Shown here piece after piece: positions 25,190 to 38,315 of a stretch of DNA of 64,000 bases. The stretch lies in contig CM052816.1 of assembly GCA_028534125.1 (NCBI GenBank), forward strand, positions 34,288,001 to 34,352,000, written 5' to 3'. The notes under the pieces were generated by a model. It was given only the letters and a program-made list of their open reading frames with translations, was not told the origin of the DNA and ran no database searches. Source of the stretch: Lama glama (lineage: Eukaryota). Numbering within the stretch: position 1 is the stretch's first letter; the number at the start of each line of letters is the position of its first letter. Made by a program: the position numbers and the translations under genes.

Positions 25190-25670
25190 AAGTTATTTAC
25201 ACATAAAAATTTGACAGAAGCAGCTTAACTCTCTCTACTGAAAATAAGCAATGAGATTTCCTATCTTCCTTTTTCTTAAACCATTCACTTGTAATTTTAA
25301 GTGCTTTCTCCTCCCTTTGCAATGTATCTAACACCTTTTGAAAGCTTTGTCATCTTGAGAACCCAAAAACACCTTTGTTAAGAACCTGGGAAGCATTTCT
25401 ATGAAGTAACTTTGAGAGAAAGCAGCCTTGTTTCCAGTTTCTGTAGGAAGGCAGGGGCATAACTTTGGTAGGCACTTTGTTCCAAGTTGTCCTGAAGGTG
25501 TGAAAAGTTAGCTTTCCTTCTGGGTAAAGCTAATGGGCTGACATAGATGGTCGCCCCAATTACCAGGCAAAGTTAGGTTGAACTGTGAGTCACAAATGGT
25601 GCTGCCAAGTCCTCATATTTGAGGACTAGTTACTGTTTTTCTTGACTATGTATGTAATAGGTGTAACTGG
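25190..25670 (+). mobile_element. ERV1 solo LTR remnant (MER34-like)
   Basis: Blocks ccagtttctgtaggaaggcagggg, gatggtcgccccaattaccagg, aaatggtgctgccaagtcctc...tgaggactagttactgttttt resemble MER34/MER39 LTRs. Confidence 0.6.
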
Positions 25671-25774
25671 TAACGGGACACAGCAAAGCAGGCAGTCTAA
25701 TTACCACTGTACATCTGAACTGGGTAAGCATACCATCCTCTCTTTAACATAACAGTAATAACAATAACCCCTCA

Positions 25775-25985
25775 CACTGATAAACCCACTAACATTTTGC
25801 AGTTGATTTTACAGCCCTCATTTCATTTGATCCTAGGAACACTTTGTATGCAGTAAGGAGGATGCATGTGATTATTCCACACCAGGGATATGGAAACCAA
25901 GGCTCTTAGGCGTTATGACTTGCACAGTGTTGGGCGTGGAAGCGGAAAAGTGCTGACACTAAGACTCTGACCTTTTGCTCTTATT
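25775..25985 (-). mobile_element. MIR SINE
   Basis: tttcatttgatcct...attattccacacc...tggaaaccaaggctc...tgacttgc. Confidence 0.6.
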
Positions 25986-26454
25986 CTGAAACCCCTGCAT
26001 TTGCTCAGGTGATCTTACTATTAACAATGGAGCAAGTGGTAGCCACCAAGCCTTTCCCCAAATGATCCTATTGTTGCCCACAGTTTTAAGCAAGGGATCA
26101 ACTCAACCCTATCCCTCACTTTCAGAGGCTCCTAGGCTGTGTCCTGAACTTGCTAGTCTTTACTTGCGTCTGACTGACATGAAGACGCCGTGAACTTGCC
26201 ACATGGGACTCCTGATGCCTCCTCGCAGTCAGCTGCCCCCGCCCTCCCATTTGAACTCAGAGGTGTCAAAGCACCACAAGCAGACAAGCACGCCCTCCTC
26301 TGTGCTTCCAGACTAGAAAAGAGGGGAGAAATTATGTAACAGGAGGTCTTAAAAGATACAGAAAGGTGGGCTCTAAAGAGTGTGGAAAAAAGGAGAGTTG
26401 ATTTCAGTACTTCTACAAGGAGATGTGAGGGTAGTTGGAAAAACAGGATTAGGT

Positions 26455-27790
26455 ATTGGTACTCATTCAATAAACATCCACTGAGCACTTTTTGGGTGCT
26501 AGGTATTGGCTGTGCAATAATGAATAGGATCTAGACCATACCTCTGGGACTTCACAGTACAGTGAGATACACAAAAAAGCAAATGAATAATTAATATAAC
26601 TCCGCTCTGTAAGTGCTTCAATCGCAGCATCAGCTATTAATAATCGCCAAATAGAGTATTCAAACAGAAATGAATAGAAAGTTTCACAAAATTCTAGAGT
26701 TGAAGAATAACAAATATATCCAATATAACCACTTCTTAAAGTGCAAAAAGTAAATAAATAAAGCGACTTTTTATTCTGAATTTAATAGAGGGGCCTGAAA
26801 CATATTGGCAGTTAAATCCTTTAAAGAGACCAAGTTACTACTGTAAGTCAGACCCTGGGCTGTGGTATGGATGCAAAACTGAATAAAAAGAAAGGAAGCA
26901 GACAGGTAAACACATTGTTATAGAGGGTGTTATAAGTGCTGGGACACAGCAACCCAGACAGATAATGCTGTAAGAACAGAGAGGGGAATTTGAATAAAAC
27001 AGGGAAGTCAGGAGGGATTCCCAGTATATATGACCCTTAAACTGAGTTTAAAGGGTAAAAAGGAGTTTAGTAGTTGTCATGGACTGAATGTTTATCTCCT
27101 CAAAATTCCTGTGTTGAAGCCCTAATCCCCAGTGTGATGGCGTTAGGCTGTGAGGCCTTTGGGAAGTAATTAGGTTTAGATGAGGTCATGAGGGTAGAGA
27201 CCCTATGACAGGTGATGAGTGTCCTTATAAGAGGAAGAGAGGCCAGAGTTTGTTTCTCTCCTCCTCTCTCCCACCGCCTTCCTCCCTCCACGTGCACACA
27301 AAGAAGAGGTCACGTCAGCACACAGTGTGATGGCATCTGTCTGCAGCCAGGAAGGATGCTCTCACCAAGAACTGACTCTGTCGGCACCTTGATCTTGGAC
27401 TGTACAGCTTTCAGAACTGTGAGAAGTAACTGTTGTTAAAGCCACTCAGTCTATGGTATTTTGTTATGACAGCCCGTGTTGACTAAGATACCAGGTTAAA
27501 ATGAAGAAAAGGAACCATTTAGAAAGGAAAAAATAGACAGTGAAGAAATCACAGATGCTTAAGATAGCATGCCAGGTTTGAGAACTGAAAGAAGGTTGTT
27601 GTGATTAAAGGGTGGGCATGCATGTGGCTTAGTGCAAGATGATGATGCTTCAGAAACAGGAAGCTCAGGGAAGCCTCAATGCTGAAGTGGGCACTTGAAC
27701 TTCATGCTGAAAGCTACTGAAGGGTTTTAAGCAAAACAATCTATTCAGAATTGCAACTTAGCCGATTTTAGAGGAGGGCTACAGGAAGGG
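26455..27790 (-). mobile_element. L2 fragments (26455-26640 and ~26840-27790, the latter interrupted by MLT1A)
   Basis: Antisense L2 3' end actcattcaataaacatccactgagcact... and later ggaagtcaggagggattccc...aagggttttaagca. Confidence 0.6.
27075..27490 (+). mobile_element. MaLR solo LTR (MLT1A-like)
   Basis: tgtcatggactgaatg...gttgaagccctaatccccagtgtgatgg...gtctatggtattttgttatgacagcccg...gactaagata. Confidence 0.88.
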
Positions 27791-28139
27791 GATAAGGAAG
27801 AAATTAAGTGGTCACATGTTCTTTGTCTTGGGGATGACTCTTCCCCTATTTTATAATCCTGGTCAGGCCGCATGGTTCCAGTGGGCTGATGGGGCCTCCC
27901 TTAGCCCTAGTAGGACAAGTGGCTTCACTATGGGCAAGTCATAATACTCTTCCACCAACATTTATGACAGGGCTCAACATACAAGATCTGCTTTAAAGTA
28001 TTATTTATATGATTAGAAATAGCATTGTGGAAGTGATCCAAGGAGTTCCTGGAATTCTTGAGGTTTGGGGCTTATAGTTTATAGGACTGTAATAAGCAAC
28101 ACTGTAACAGGAAACGGTAAGGAGGTAGCTGTCGTCATT

Positions 28140-28480
28140 CAGTCTCCAAATTAACGTTTATTAAGTGCACTCTGTATGCCAAGTGCAAAAGGAGGTGCTG
28201 GAATAGGGTTGACAGAAACATAAATATGAATAACATACTTAGGGACAGTTCTTGTCCTTATATATCATATATTTAACAAGGGGAAACTTTAAAGATCAAA
28301 CATTTTAAATGCATAACATGGTAAAAATAAAGGAATATAGTCATCCAGAAAAAAAATAGTTAGATTGTAATTGTTGCTTCAGGGATCAGGAAAAGCTGTG
28401 AAGAAGGGATAGTTTCTGAGTTGAGCCTGGGATGGATGAAATCTGGACAGATGGAGATGGGGACAAAATTAGTATTCAGT
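28140..28480 (-). mobile_element. L2 3' fragment
   Basis: cgtttattaagtgcactctgtatgccaag...gggatcaggaaaagct...tttctgagttgagcctgggatggatga. Confidence 0.55.
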
Positions 28481-30494
28481 CAAGCCAAGGAGGATGAGAT
28501 TAAGGGTCATTAACTTGAATCCCAAGATGGCAGAAGAGAAAAAACTGCACAAAACATTAAAATTACTTAGGGAAAGGAAACAAGTAGAGGCAGTGGGAGA
28601 CAATAGTGTAATCACTTCAAGCATTCAAATTGTAAGAATCAAAATCAGCCAATGGTACAGAAGGAGCTCTAGAGACAAGGGGACTTGTACACGTAAGGAA
28701 GGAGGCAGAGTTTCTACCAAAAGAGGAAGAGGAGGAGGGAGTTACCAGATGAAGGACTGCCCCTCTACACTATGATGAGGGTCCCACAGGCCATGGCAAA
28801 AGAGGGGGTGCAGGAGAGAGTATGTGGAGGAGCCTCTGTGCTGGTCACATCAGAATCCATATAAGCCTCAGACTGGAGATGGAATGAGCAGATTGTTGGC
28901 AGAATGTGAACAAGGTCACCAGAGAGCTGGAGAGTGGAGCAAACACACTTCAACCAACAGGGCAAGTTTGACTTACAGAAAGACAGTCATTCATCTTCTC
29001 GTTAATGCTGGCTCCCTGCATCACTCTGATTGCTCAGGCCACAATTCCTCTTCTCACTGAAAAGCAATCATACACACAGTGAGGTAGGAGTTAGACTTTT
29101 CAAGCTACTTTTCTTTTACCTTGATGTTAGCTTTAATGCATTAGAATCAAGTGGAAGTTAAGCTTACTGCCAGGTTGTAATTCTTGAGAAGGTCCTTGGC
29201 AAAGTGAGTTTCTGCTGGCAGCAGCTGTCTTCCCTTGGCTTCCCCCCACTTCCTAACGCACCCTTGAGCTGCCCCACCCTCACCAACCTCATCATTCCCA
29301 GACTGAACCATTTCCATCTCCTATGAAGCACAATGTCTGGTATTCCATTCTAAAACTCCAAGCTTAAACTCCCACCTGGCTGGTATTTTGCAACACTGAT
29401 AAACACCTGCAGAATGTAAGAAATGAGACACCAAGGGAAGGAAAGTAACATTATAGTGTTCTCGCTAAGCACAATGATACACTGCTATTTCTATTTTACC
29501 TGAGTATTACCAAATGCTGTAGCAGGAATCATGGAATAAAACTAGTGTAGGAAACATTGAGTGAGGAGAGAAATGGGGGGTATAAGGCCAAATCCAACCC
29601 TGTTTAGGAGAATGAAGTGAAAAGGAGAAGACAGGGATGAGTCTTAAAACCCACACTCTAGGCAAGTGGTGTGTGGTACCCAAGGTATGACCTGAAATGA
29701 GCCTTATGAAGGTGTGTGGGCAGAATGATCAGGTCACTCCAAGTCATAGAGCCTCTAAGGGAGTCCCTAATGGTTCTTCTCAAAGGGCATGAGAACAGGC
29801 AGTTGCCTTGGTAACCAAAGGGGTAGCCAAAGTGGCACCAAGTGCATTTGCGTAAATGTATCAATGACCAGCGGGCGGAGCGGGCCTGAAGGAAGCAAGG
29901 AATGAAAAGCTGCGTGGCAGAGGAGGAGGAAGGCATTCTGGTGCTGCTGTTTTCTGGGTCATTTATGACTGGACACTAGACATTCTCACTCCTTTAGAAG
30001 ACATACCCTGGTGACTCCCTGGATGCCGAAAGCAGTGCAAGGAGGGGCTGTGCTCCCATTACTGCCACGCTGCTGTCGTGCCAAATTCAACATGAGAAGT
30101 TCCGTCATCGTCGCTTGATGAAAGGTGGTGTCACGACAGTAGAGGGAACCCAGTTTTCTCTAAAAGGCATGCTTATGAATTCAATCATGCTCCATTCACA
30201 GTCCCATCAAGGTATTTTAAATCTGCATGTGTTTTTGCCGTCATAGTTGACTGGTTAGCATTTTTCTTCTCAAGTTATTTCAGAATAGTCTGTGGTGGTT
30301 TTTAAAAACCTTGATGAATTTCCTCATAACTGTGCCAAAAAACGTAATTTGGGAATTATTACTAATAATCTCTACTGATTACAGGATACTGGTGAAAAGG
30401 GCAGGAGGAAAAGCTTTTATCTATTTTCCTCACGTACAGGACAGAAACAAAAAGGAGCAGTCTGAGCCAAGCAATTGCTCAGGGAGTCAATCCA

Positions 30495-31570
30495 ATTTCT
30501 TTTATAATTTTTAATTACACAAGTAATAAAAGAAATATTCTCCTCATAAAAATTTCAATAATACAAAGCAAAAGTCTCCAGTTACCACAGTATCCAATCC
30601 CACTTCCCACCTTGGAAGTATCCACTATCATTGGTAGGGTGTTCACATTCCAATACTTTTTCTACGTGCCTACACACATATGTATATGCACACACATATA
30701 TAAATGTTATTTAATAAATAAACATCATATTATATGCTTTCTTCATTTAACATACGTTTTTGAGACATGATTAAGTCAAAACCTACTAATCTACTTCCTT
30801 CTTTTTAACTGCTACATATCATTTGCACTAGGGTAACACTAGCTACTTTAGCAAATAAATCCCAAAGCATCAGTGGCTTAATGCAGTAGACGTTTATGTC
30901 TTACTCACCGACGAGGGTCCAATGAGAGTGATGCAGGTTGACAGGCAGCTTTCCTCTAATCAGGAACCTAAGCTCATTCCACCTGGTTGCTGGCCATATT
31001 CTAGTGTCTTCTGATTATATTCATCCAGCAAGTGGAAGAGCATGGAGAGAGCACACGCACTTGTTAAAAACCATAATCTGTAAGTGGCCCACATTCCTTC
31101 ACTAATATTACACCACTAACTTCAAGGGAGATTGGGAAATTGCTAATTTAACTCTTCTGCAATTGATGGGCTATCTCTAGTTTGTGTTCTCATAAGCAAT
31201 GCTGCAATGAACGTCTTTGGCCTGTCTTTCAAGTACATGGACAAGTATTTTTCTAGGGTAGAAAGTGAGATACAGAAATGATGAGTCAAGGAATGTGCAC
31301 ATTTCTTATCTTAATGGAAGCTGACAGACTGTTCTCCAGAAAAGACTATCCCAACGCATACTCCACCAACAATGTGTCATCTCCTTACGTGCCACTAATA
31401 CTAGCTGTTATCAGTCATATACACTCCAACAATATGACAAATACACATGATATCTAATTGCTCTAATCACATTTCCAAGATTTCTTAATTCTGTTGAGCA
31501 TCTTTTAATATGTGTTGGCTATTCACATCTGTGAATTGATTAGTCATAACTTTTAGCAATATTCTCTTTG
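30495..31570 (-). mobile_element. Old L1ME-like 3' fragment containing a nested MaLR (MLT1-like) piece at ~30825-31145
   Basis: Antisense L1 text (aatgctgcaatgaacgtc...tttctagggtagaaag...gttgagcatctttt). Nested piece: aaatcccaaagcatcagtggcttaatgcagtagacgtttatgtcttactcac. Confidence 0.6.
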
Positions 31571-31949
31571 GTTGTAGGTAAAACAAAATGTTCAAGGAAC
31601 TAGCAGCACAGTTTCGACTGGGGCCGTAAGACATGGGATCAACCTCATTTACGTTACAAAGTGACTTATGAGAAAGCAAAAGCAGGACTTTTAAAATAGA
31701 TGGCAGGGAAACAGTTCAGGGATTTAGCTGAACACCCCCACCTCCAATCCACAAAAGAATTTGGAGAGGCTGAGAAAGAGTAGAAATAATAGAAGGAAGA
31801 GGAGAAAATTTTGAGGAGTGGTAAGAAAGGTGTAGCAACTGGAGATGCGTGTCTCTTGCTCAATAACAGTGAAATGGGCTTTAAAGATGTCCTTCCCTAA
31901 CCTAAGACAAAACTTAATCCTTGCCTCCTGGTGCTTGGGGGCAAAGTAC

Positions 31950-32620
31950 CCTGAAGTCTCAATCATTCCTGAGACGTCTAAAGGGAAGTTACTGTGGTTA
32001 TCCAGCCATTCTGCAGGCAGGAGAGAAGGAGGTCCCTCCTCAGTTTTCTGGAACAAAGAATATATGTGATTTCCCTGAATGAAGTGGTCCATGCAAAGGG
32101 GAAAGCTGACTTGAAGCTATCTTAAATCCTGTTCCAAAGGCCACTTGGAGGGGTCAAGTGATCCTAGCAGAGAGAAGCTGGAAGTGCACAACTATGTGGC
32201 ACGAGGCTGAGGAAAGACTAAGTAACCTGCCTGAAGAATTCATTTACCATCCTCAAGGTGAACTGCAGGAGAGCACATTTCAGTGATGGGGCGGAGACGT
32301 CTCCAAAGACTCCATGAGTTTGCCCTACACTGTGCTGATGCCAACACACGACAATATCAGTCAGCAAGAACGTATATACGCATCCCTTTTCCTCCCATTT
32401 TTTCCCTAATTTCAACCCTGGAGGAGCCACAAGTATCCTAGTAAGGGGAAGAAGAGGAAAGCACAGGTTGGCAGCATTGCAGTCATGGAAAAGCTTACCT
32501 GCACACTAACTCCTGCGTAGGCTCACTCAGAAATTTCTACATCATCCAGGTTTATAACCTCAAGGACAGTGGTGAGGGGAGACCAGGAGAACAGAGAAAG
32601 AGGCTCTTCAGAATTTTCCA
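31950..32620 (+). mobile_element. Possible degenerate Ty3/Gypsy (MamGyp-type) integrase remnant
   Basis: Broken translations in Gypsy integrase order: IIPETSKGKLLWLSSHSAG (31962-32018), YVA..LR.RL-like (~32190-32220), FNPG (~32410), RGKHRLA (32453-32473), QVYNLK..GEGR. Confidence 0.35.
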
Positions 32621-34629
32621 AATCAAGTTTAAGCACTAAATTTGTACCGAACTTTGCAGTGTTCGTGAAGGTAAGAGTGATACGAAAGAGAGGAGACACA
32701 CACGTCAGTTTGTGACAGTGATGAGGGATATGAAACCGACAAAGAGCAGCCGGCTCCTTTCAAAGAAGGAGAGGACCAATTGCTGTGTGGGCTGCTCAAG
32801 GAGACTTCTCTGCTCAATCTACCCCCAAGATCTTTGGAAAAAGGAGAAAAAGAATTGACCACAAACAACCTAAGAGATATGAATTTCCAAGAAAGTACAA
32901 TATTGATAATTATCTGAATTCAATGGACACAAAGTCCATTGATTAGATATCCTTTCAGCTTGATTTAGTATGCTTATAAAGGAGCTAATACATTTAAACT
33001 GCTTAGAAATGTGTCTAGGAGATAGGGAATGCTCAATAAATGATATTATCATTGTGATTAGTAAAAATGATCAGATTCTATATGAAGAAAAACTACCTGG
33101 TAAATGATTTTGTTCAATGCTTATATAGTCACTGAAGGGAAGTACATTGTATTTCATGAAAAATTGTCATCGTTGTAGTCTCCGGGAAAAACATGTGTGT
33201 GAGTGTGTGTATAACATTTCAAATGATTACTGAGATAAACCAGATGAACCCATATCATCAAAACAGAACCTATAATTCTGCAAGGTACAGACTGTCGCAT
33301 TACTATGAGAGCCAGGTGTTGATGTTAGCATTATACCTCAAAGCCACCTATTCTTCCCCAGTAATTGTGTTTAAAATAGCCATCAAAGAGTGGATACAGA
33401 GTAAAGCAGGCTGGAAAGAGCTTCACCATGGGTAATGAGGAGCCAGGGCATAATAACCTCAGGCAAACAGGACTGATCCAAAACAAGAAGACTGTAGTGG
33501 TGCCAGAATCCACTTGGGTACAGGTGACTGACAGCCTCCAGCTTATCAAGAGTTTTCGGCAACTGATGGCAGTAAAACCCAACTCTATTTTGAGGCAGGC
33601 ACCCTTCCCCGGGGAGAAGGGTCCGGACAGAGAGGCCTCCAATGTGTGCCTGCTCCTGTGGGGCAACTTAGAACAGATGGGCAGGGCCGGGAACAAAAAG
33701 CCTGACAGACGTGCCGTCAGGGACTCGTGTGGATTTGCTCTTCCAGTCTGTTTGCCAAAACTCGTCAGAAAAATCCCCTGGAATCCTCAAAGCCTTCCTG
33801 GTAACTGAGATCAGTTTACCTAAATGAAGGAAAAAATGGCACTGATTTATTTAGCACCGTGCACTTTAGGAAAACCAGTAATAATCAGCATCGTCACCTC
33901 TTTGGGGGCAGTTCAGTTCTAAGACGCCAGTAACTCAAGTTCTTAGGAACAGGACTTCCTAGAAACCTGACAGACAGAAACTAAATGTCTCCCACTTATG
34001 TCTAGAAGGTAAGTATTGTGGGATACAGAGGAGGGGTTAAGGCACCAGCCGCTACTAGATTTAATGCCAGCAGACCTCACTGGTAGGCACATGGTACATA
34101 ATTCCTCAATACTAATGTCTCATATGTACTATTTGACCTGTAAAACCTATATGTTCTTAATATTTTATGTTCATCAGCATAAACTTGCTTTCAGACAATT
34201 AATAGGTGGTGGTTAATTTCTCATAGTCTGCAGATAGAGAAATTGAGTATTCCCACTGGGTGAGCACACAGGTCACTACAAGAGATCCTGAGTCTTCAAA
34301 TATACAATCTCGATGGGCACAGAAAAAGATTCTCTTGCCTTCTTTATGGACTAGACTAGAATGCTGCTCAGGTAGAGGCCCAGCAAAAACAAGACTGAAG
34401 GGCAGAAGGTGCAGACAATGAAGGAAAAGGGCCTGGAGGACTTTGTGCATGGACTACAGGTGATCAGACGGGGTGGGGCACAACCTCCGTGTCCTTCCTG
34501 CAAGCTCACTGTGCTGCATGGAGTTACCGGGGACAGGCAAGAGGTGTAGCATGGCAGTGCTATGCTCTCACAACATTCACCTCACAACATCCAGCAGGAG
34601 GTTTGTGAGTGTTTAACAAATATTTTTCG

Positions 34630-34710
34630 AAAAAGGAAGGAAGAAAGAAAGGGAAAGACGCAAGAAAAGAAGGAGGGAGGAAAGGAATTGGGGAGAAAGG
34701 AAGAAGGAAA
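34630..34710. repeat. Polypurine (GAA/GGAA-rich) low-complexity tract
   Basis: aaaaggaaggaaagaaagaaagggaaagacgcaagaaaagaaggagggaggaaagg... Confidence 0.8.
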
Positions 34711-34829
34711 GATAGTATTGCCTGAGAAATCGCCTAGCACCACTCTCTCACTTTGCAAATGATGATACTGAGACCCAAAGAAGAGAGCAGAGGGGTGTCC
34801 CGGGTCACTGTTGTGCAACTCTGAGCTCG

Positions 34830-35062
34830 CTCTCCGCTGGCTTCCGTGCTCCCTCTCTCCCCCCACCCTGCCACCACCCCCATGTTCTGACCCAGCAATG
34901 AGGAGGCAGCTGCCTGCAAGCCATGGAGGAAGCTCTCACTGGAACCCAGCCATGGTGACACCCTAGTTTGTACTTCTAGCTTCTAGAACTGTGAGAAAAT
35001 TGATTTCTGTTGTTTAAGCCCCCATGTATGATATTTTTACGGCATCCAAGCTGACTAAAACA
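34830..35062 (+). mobile_element. MaLR LTR 3' half (MLT1A-like)
   Basis: ctgcaagccatggaggaagctctcactggaaccc...tagaactgtgagaaaattgatttctgttgtttaagcc...ctgactaaaaca. Confidence 0.75.
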
Positions 35063-37865
35063 CATACTTATGTGGAATTCAACCCTACCCAAACCACAAT
35101 AGTATTTTTTTCTTCACTTCCCATCTGGAATACCCTTTTTTCTATTCATCCCGCTCCCTACCATGTGCCCCTAAACACACTTTGTTACAATTACACATTT
35201 CCTCCATGGCCCCGTTCACATTTCATCACCTCCTAAAACTTCCCAAGTCCTGTCCCAGTCAGAATGAATCCGCTGTATCTTGGCCTACCCAAAGCCCAAG
35301 GTATCAGAGAATTATTATGTCTTATTAGATCTATAGATCTAGTTCAGAAGCATGTCTTACTATAATCCCTCTCTGGGCTATGAGCTCCCAGAAGGAAAGG
35401 GTCTGGGTCTCTTATCTTTTATTCCTTGTCCTGCCTGGCATCACGTCTGACTCCAAGCAACTTCTCAATAAATATCTGCTGAATTAAATAGGACTAGTGA
35501 TTGAACACTTACTCAGTCACTAGATGATCCTCTTTCCAGCCAGAAAAGAGACTGGCAGATCCCAAAAGGGTTAGAAAGCAGCCTTTCCTCCTCTAAGATT
35601 TAAGAAACTGCCTGCAGATTCCACCAGCCTTCCGAGCATCAGGAAATCAATGACAACAAATGGTGTTGTCAAAGGGGTCACAGGGGAGCACACACAGTGG
35701 AGGTCACCAATGGCCAGTCCACTGGTGCAGTGGCCACAGGAACTCATCAAAGCTGCCTCCACCTGGCCCCCTGCGTGGAGCCAGGTCAGGCCGGGCAGAG
35801 GGCGGTCTGCTGATTTCTGTGCTCACTCCTAGAGTCAGTCAATAAGGGGAGGAAGGGTGAATTACCTCAGTGCTGAGCTGCAAGGCACAGAGAGGAACAA
35901 ATAGCACTTGTACTCCTGCAAGATAAGGGAGAAAGAGGAATGGCAAAGCAAAGTAAGAGACTGGCAAGCCAGGGGTGCACAATGAGGTGTGCTCCAACTG
36001 TGCAAAGGAAGACGGAGAGTGACTCACTGAGTGTGGAATGCATCATTCACTTTAATTCCCAGAGGCAGGTGGAACTATCCAGTATTAAAATGTAAGGTGG
36101 GCAAAACATCACTAGCCTTGCAATATACACTTCAACATACTGGCCAAGGATTAGAACCCTGAACTGAATTATAATCTCAGAAACACTCTAATCGGTGCTT
36201 AGAGCGAGGTGCCGTGATACGTGATACAACTCTTCCCGTCAGTATGCAGCTCTGCCCTCCTATTCCTACCCCCACCTCCGAGCCCCCCTGGCCCCACCGT
36301 CCCTGTACCTTTCCCTTCTGGGAGGGCCACCATTCCTTCCACAACAGCCAACTCAGTTAACGTAGCAAAACAGACCAAAGTCTCGAGAAAGAGGCTGAAC
36401 AGGCAGAAAGACTGAATGGAAAAGGAGAGAAAAAGAAGAGAAATAAGCAAAGTTAATTTACGGTCTGAGAGAGCTACTTCAACACTCTCGTTCCTGCATT
36501 ATCTTTGCCTGGCAGCTGCAGCTGTGCACCACCTTTCATCCCTGACACAAACAGCCCGTATCTGCAATTACCAACGCCCAGGGAGCGAGCATTAGTATGC
36601 AGCATACGGCCTGGGGAAAGGTGTAATGCTGGGCCTCCTCCTGCCTCAGAAGTCCCTAGCAGACAGGCCCAGGAACAAAGGGAAATGGGATACAGAGAAG
36701 CCAAGCATCTGTTGGAGGCCAGAGCCTATGTAAGGGGTCAGATGGTTGTGGCAGAACCAAAGAGGAGGTGAAGAGAGGAGGAGACAAAATGCAGTGGGTA
36801 GCTGAGACTGAGTTTTTAAAATCTGTCTTAACGAACTAACAACAATTAGATCTTTGTGCTAATTTTAGGGGTAAATAAAATGGTAATAATGGGAAAGGGC
36901 AACTCAGTCCAAAGCCATGCATATGGGGACAAAAAAGGGGAAAGTTGTAAACGAAAAACTATGGACTATTTTCTCTCCTTTACTCTCATATTATCTATCA
37001 GGTGATACTTTGCCATCGCTTTTGGCCTGGTTAAAATTGCATGCAAATGCACCCAGCGTAGAACAACTCAGTGTGTCCCACTCAGGATGACATCAGTCTC
37101 AATAAAATCCACCTGAGATCAGCTTCATGCAGTGACTAAGGACTGTGGGAGACTTCTAAAGTCACCCAATTAGAGAATTATATGAACGAAAATTGATAAG
37201 AAATATATCAGCACTTAAATGTCCAGCAACAGAGGGCTGGCTACATCAACTGTAAAATACACACTTACTAGCATACTATCCAACCAGTACTTTAGTTCCA
37301 TAGTTTTCAGTTAGTGATATATATATTCACAAAACACAAGCTCCATAAGGAAGCTGTAATAGCATGGGAGTTGCTGAAGCTTACAAAACAAGATTTTATT
37401 TGACAGTAGGTAGAAGCATTTCAGGCCAGGACTGGAAAAAGTCAGTCCTTGGATCCATATCACGTGTCTGCACAGACATTGGCCACTTAAAACAATTAAC
37501 CTTAATTCCTCACTGAGGACCAGAGTCCTGGTTCTGATAAACTGGGGAAGTCCTACAGACATTACTAGTCTGCTCTTGGAATATCTGTTTTCCCTCTTTC
37601 CTTGCTAACTGAAATCTGATTTGTTTTACTGCAGTAATTTGTCCTGCTGGAAAAAAAATTTTTTTTTTAAAATGTCCAGTGCCTGTTCCTGTGCTATCTC
37701 TCCAGGTTTCTTGTCGTATACAAAAAAAAGAGAATAAGAGAAAATACGTTGTTTTGGTTTTCTCTGACTTGCACCCAAATCTGTTTCTAATTTTCCCAGG
37801 AGATGTCCACTAAACCCCCTCTCCCCCAACAAGAAAAGCTAAATGATAGTTTGTTGGTTGGTTAG

Positions 37866-38315
37866 CATACTGGGTTGAATATTGTCCCCCCAAAATTTGT
37901 GTCCACCCAAAACCCTCTGAACGTGACCTTATCTGGAAATAGGGGGTTTGCAGATGTAATCAAGTTAAGATGAAGTCATACTGGATTAGGGTGAATCCTA
38001 AATTCTATTTGACTAATGTCCTTCTAAGAAGAGGGAACTCTGGACACAGAGACACATGGAAGGAGAATGCCACATGAAGACTGAAGGAGAGACTGGAATA
38101 ATACACCCACAAGGCAAGACATGCCAAAGATTGCCAGTAACCACCAGAAACTAGGAGAGAGGCATGGAACAGATTTTTCCTAAGAGCCCCCAGCAGAAAC
38201 CAACACGACCAACACGTTGATTTTGGGCATCTAGCCTCCAGAACTGTCAGAGAGTAAACTTCTGTTGCTTTAAGCCACACGGTCTGTGTTATGACAGCCG
38301 TAGGAAACTAACACA
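37866..38315 (+). mobile_element. MaLR solo LTR (MLT1C-like)
   Basis: gggttgaatattgtccccccaaaatt...gtgaccttatctggaaataggg...ccaccagaaactaggagagaggcatggaacagatt...ggaaactaacaca. Confidence 0.88.

Noticed and set aside
30090..30122. SECIS-like ATGA...GA inside the hairpin
   Set aside because: Spacing is too short for helix II, there is no correctly placed apical AA, and there is no selenoprotein CDS nearby
31724..32092. 122-aa minus-strand ORF with a hydrophobic C-terminus
   Set aside because: In-frame stop 9 codons upstream, the hydrophobic tail is the antisense of a GA-rich tract, and I recognise no homology
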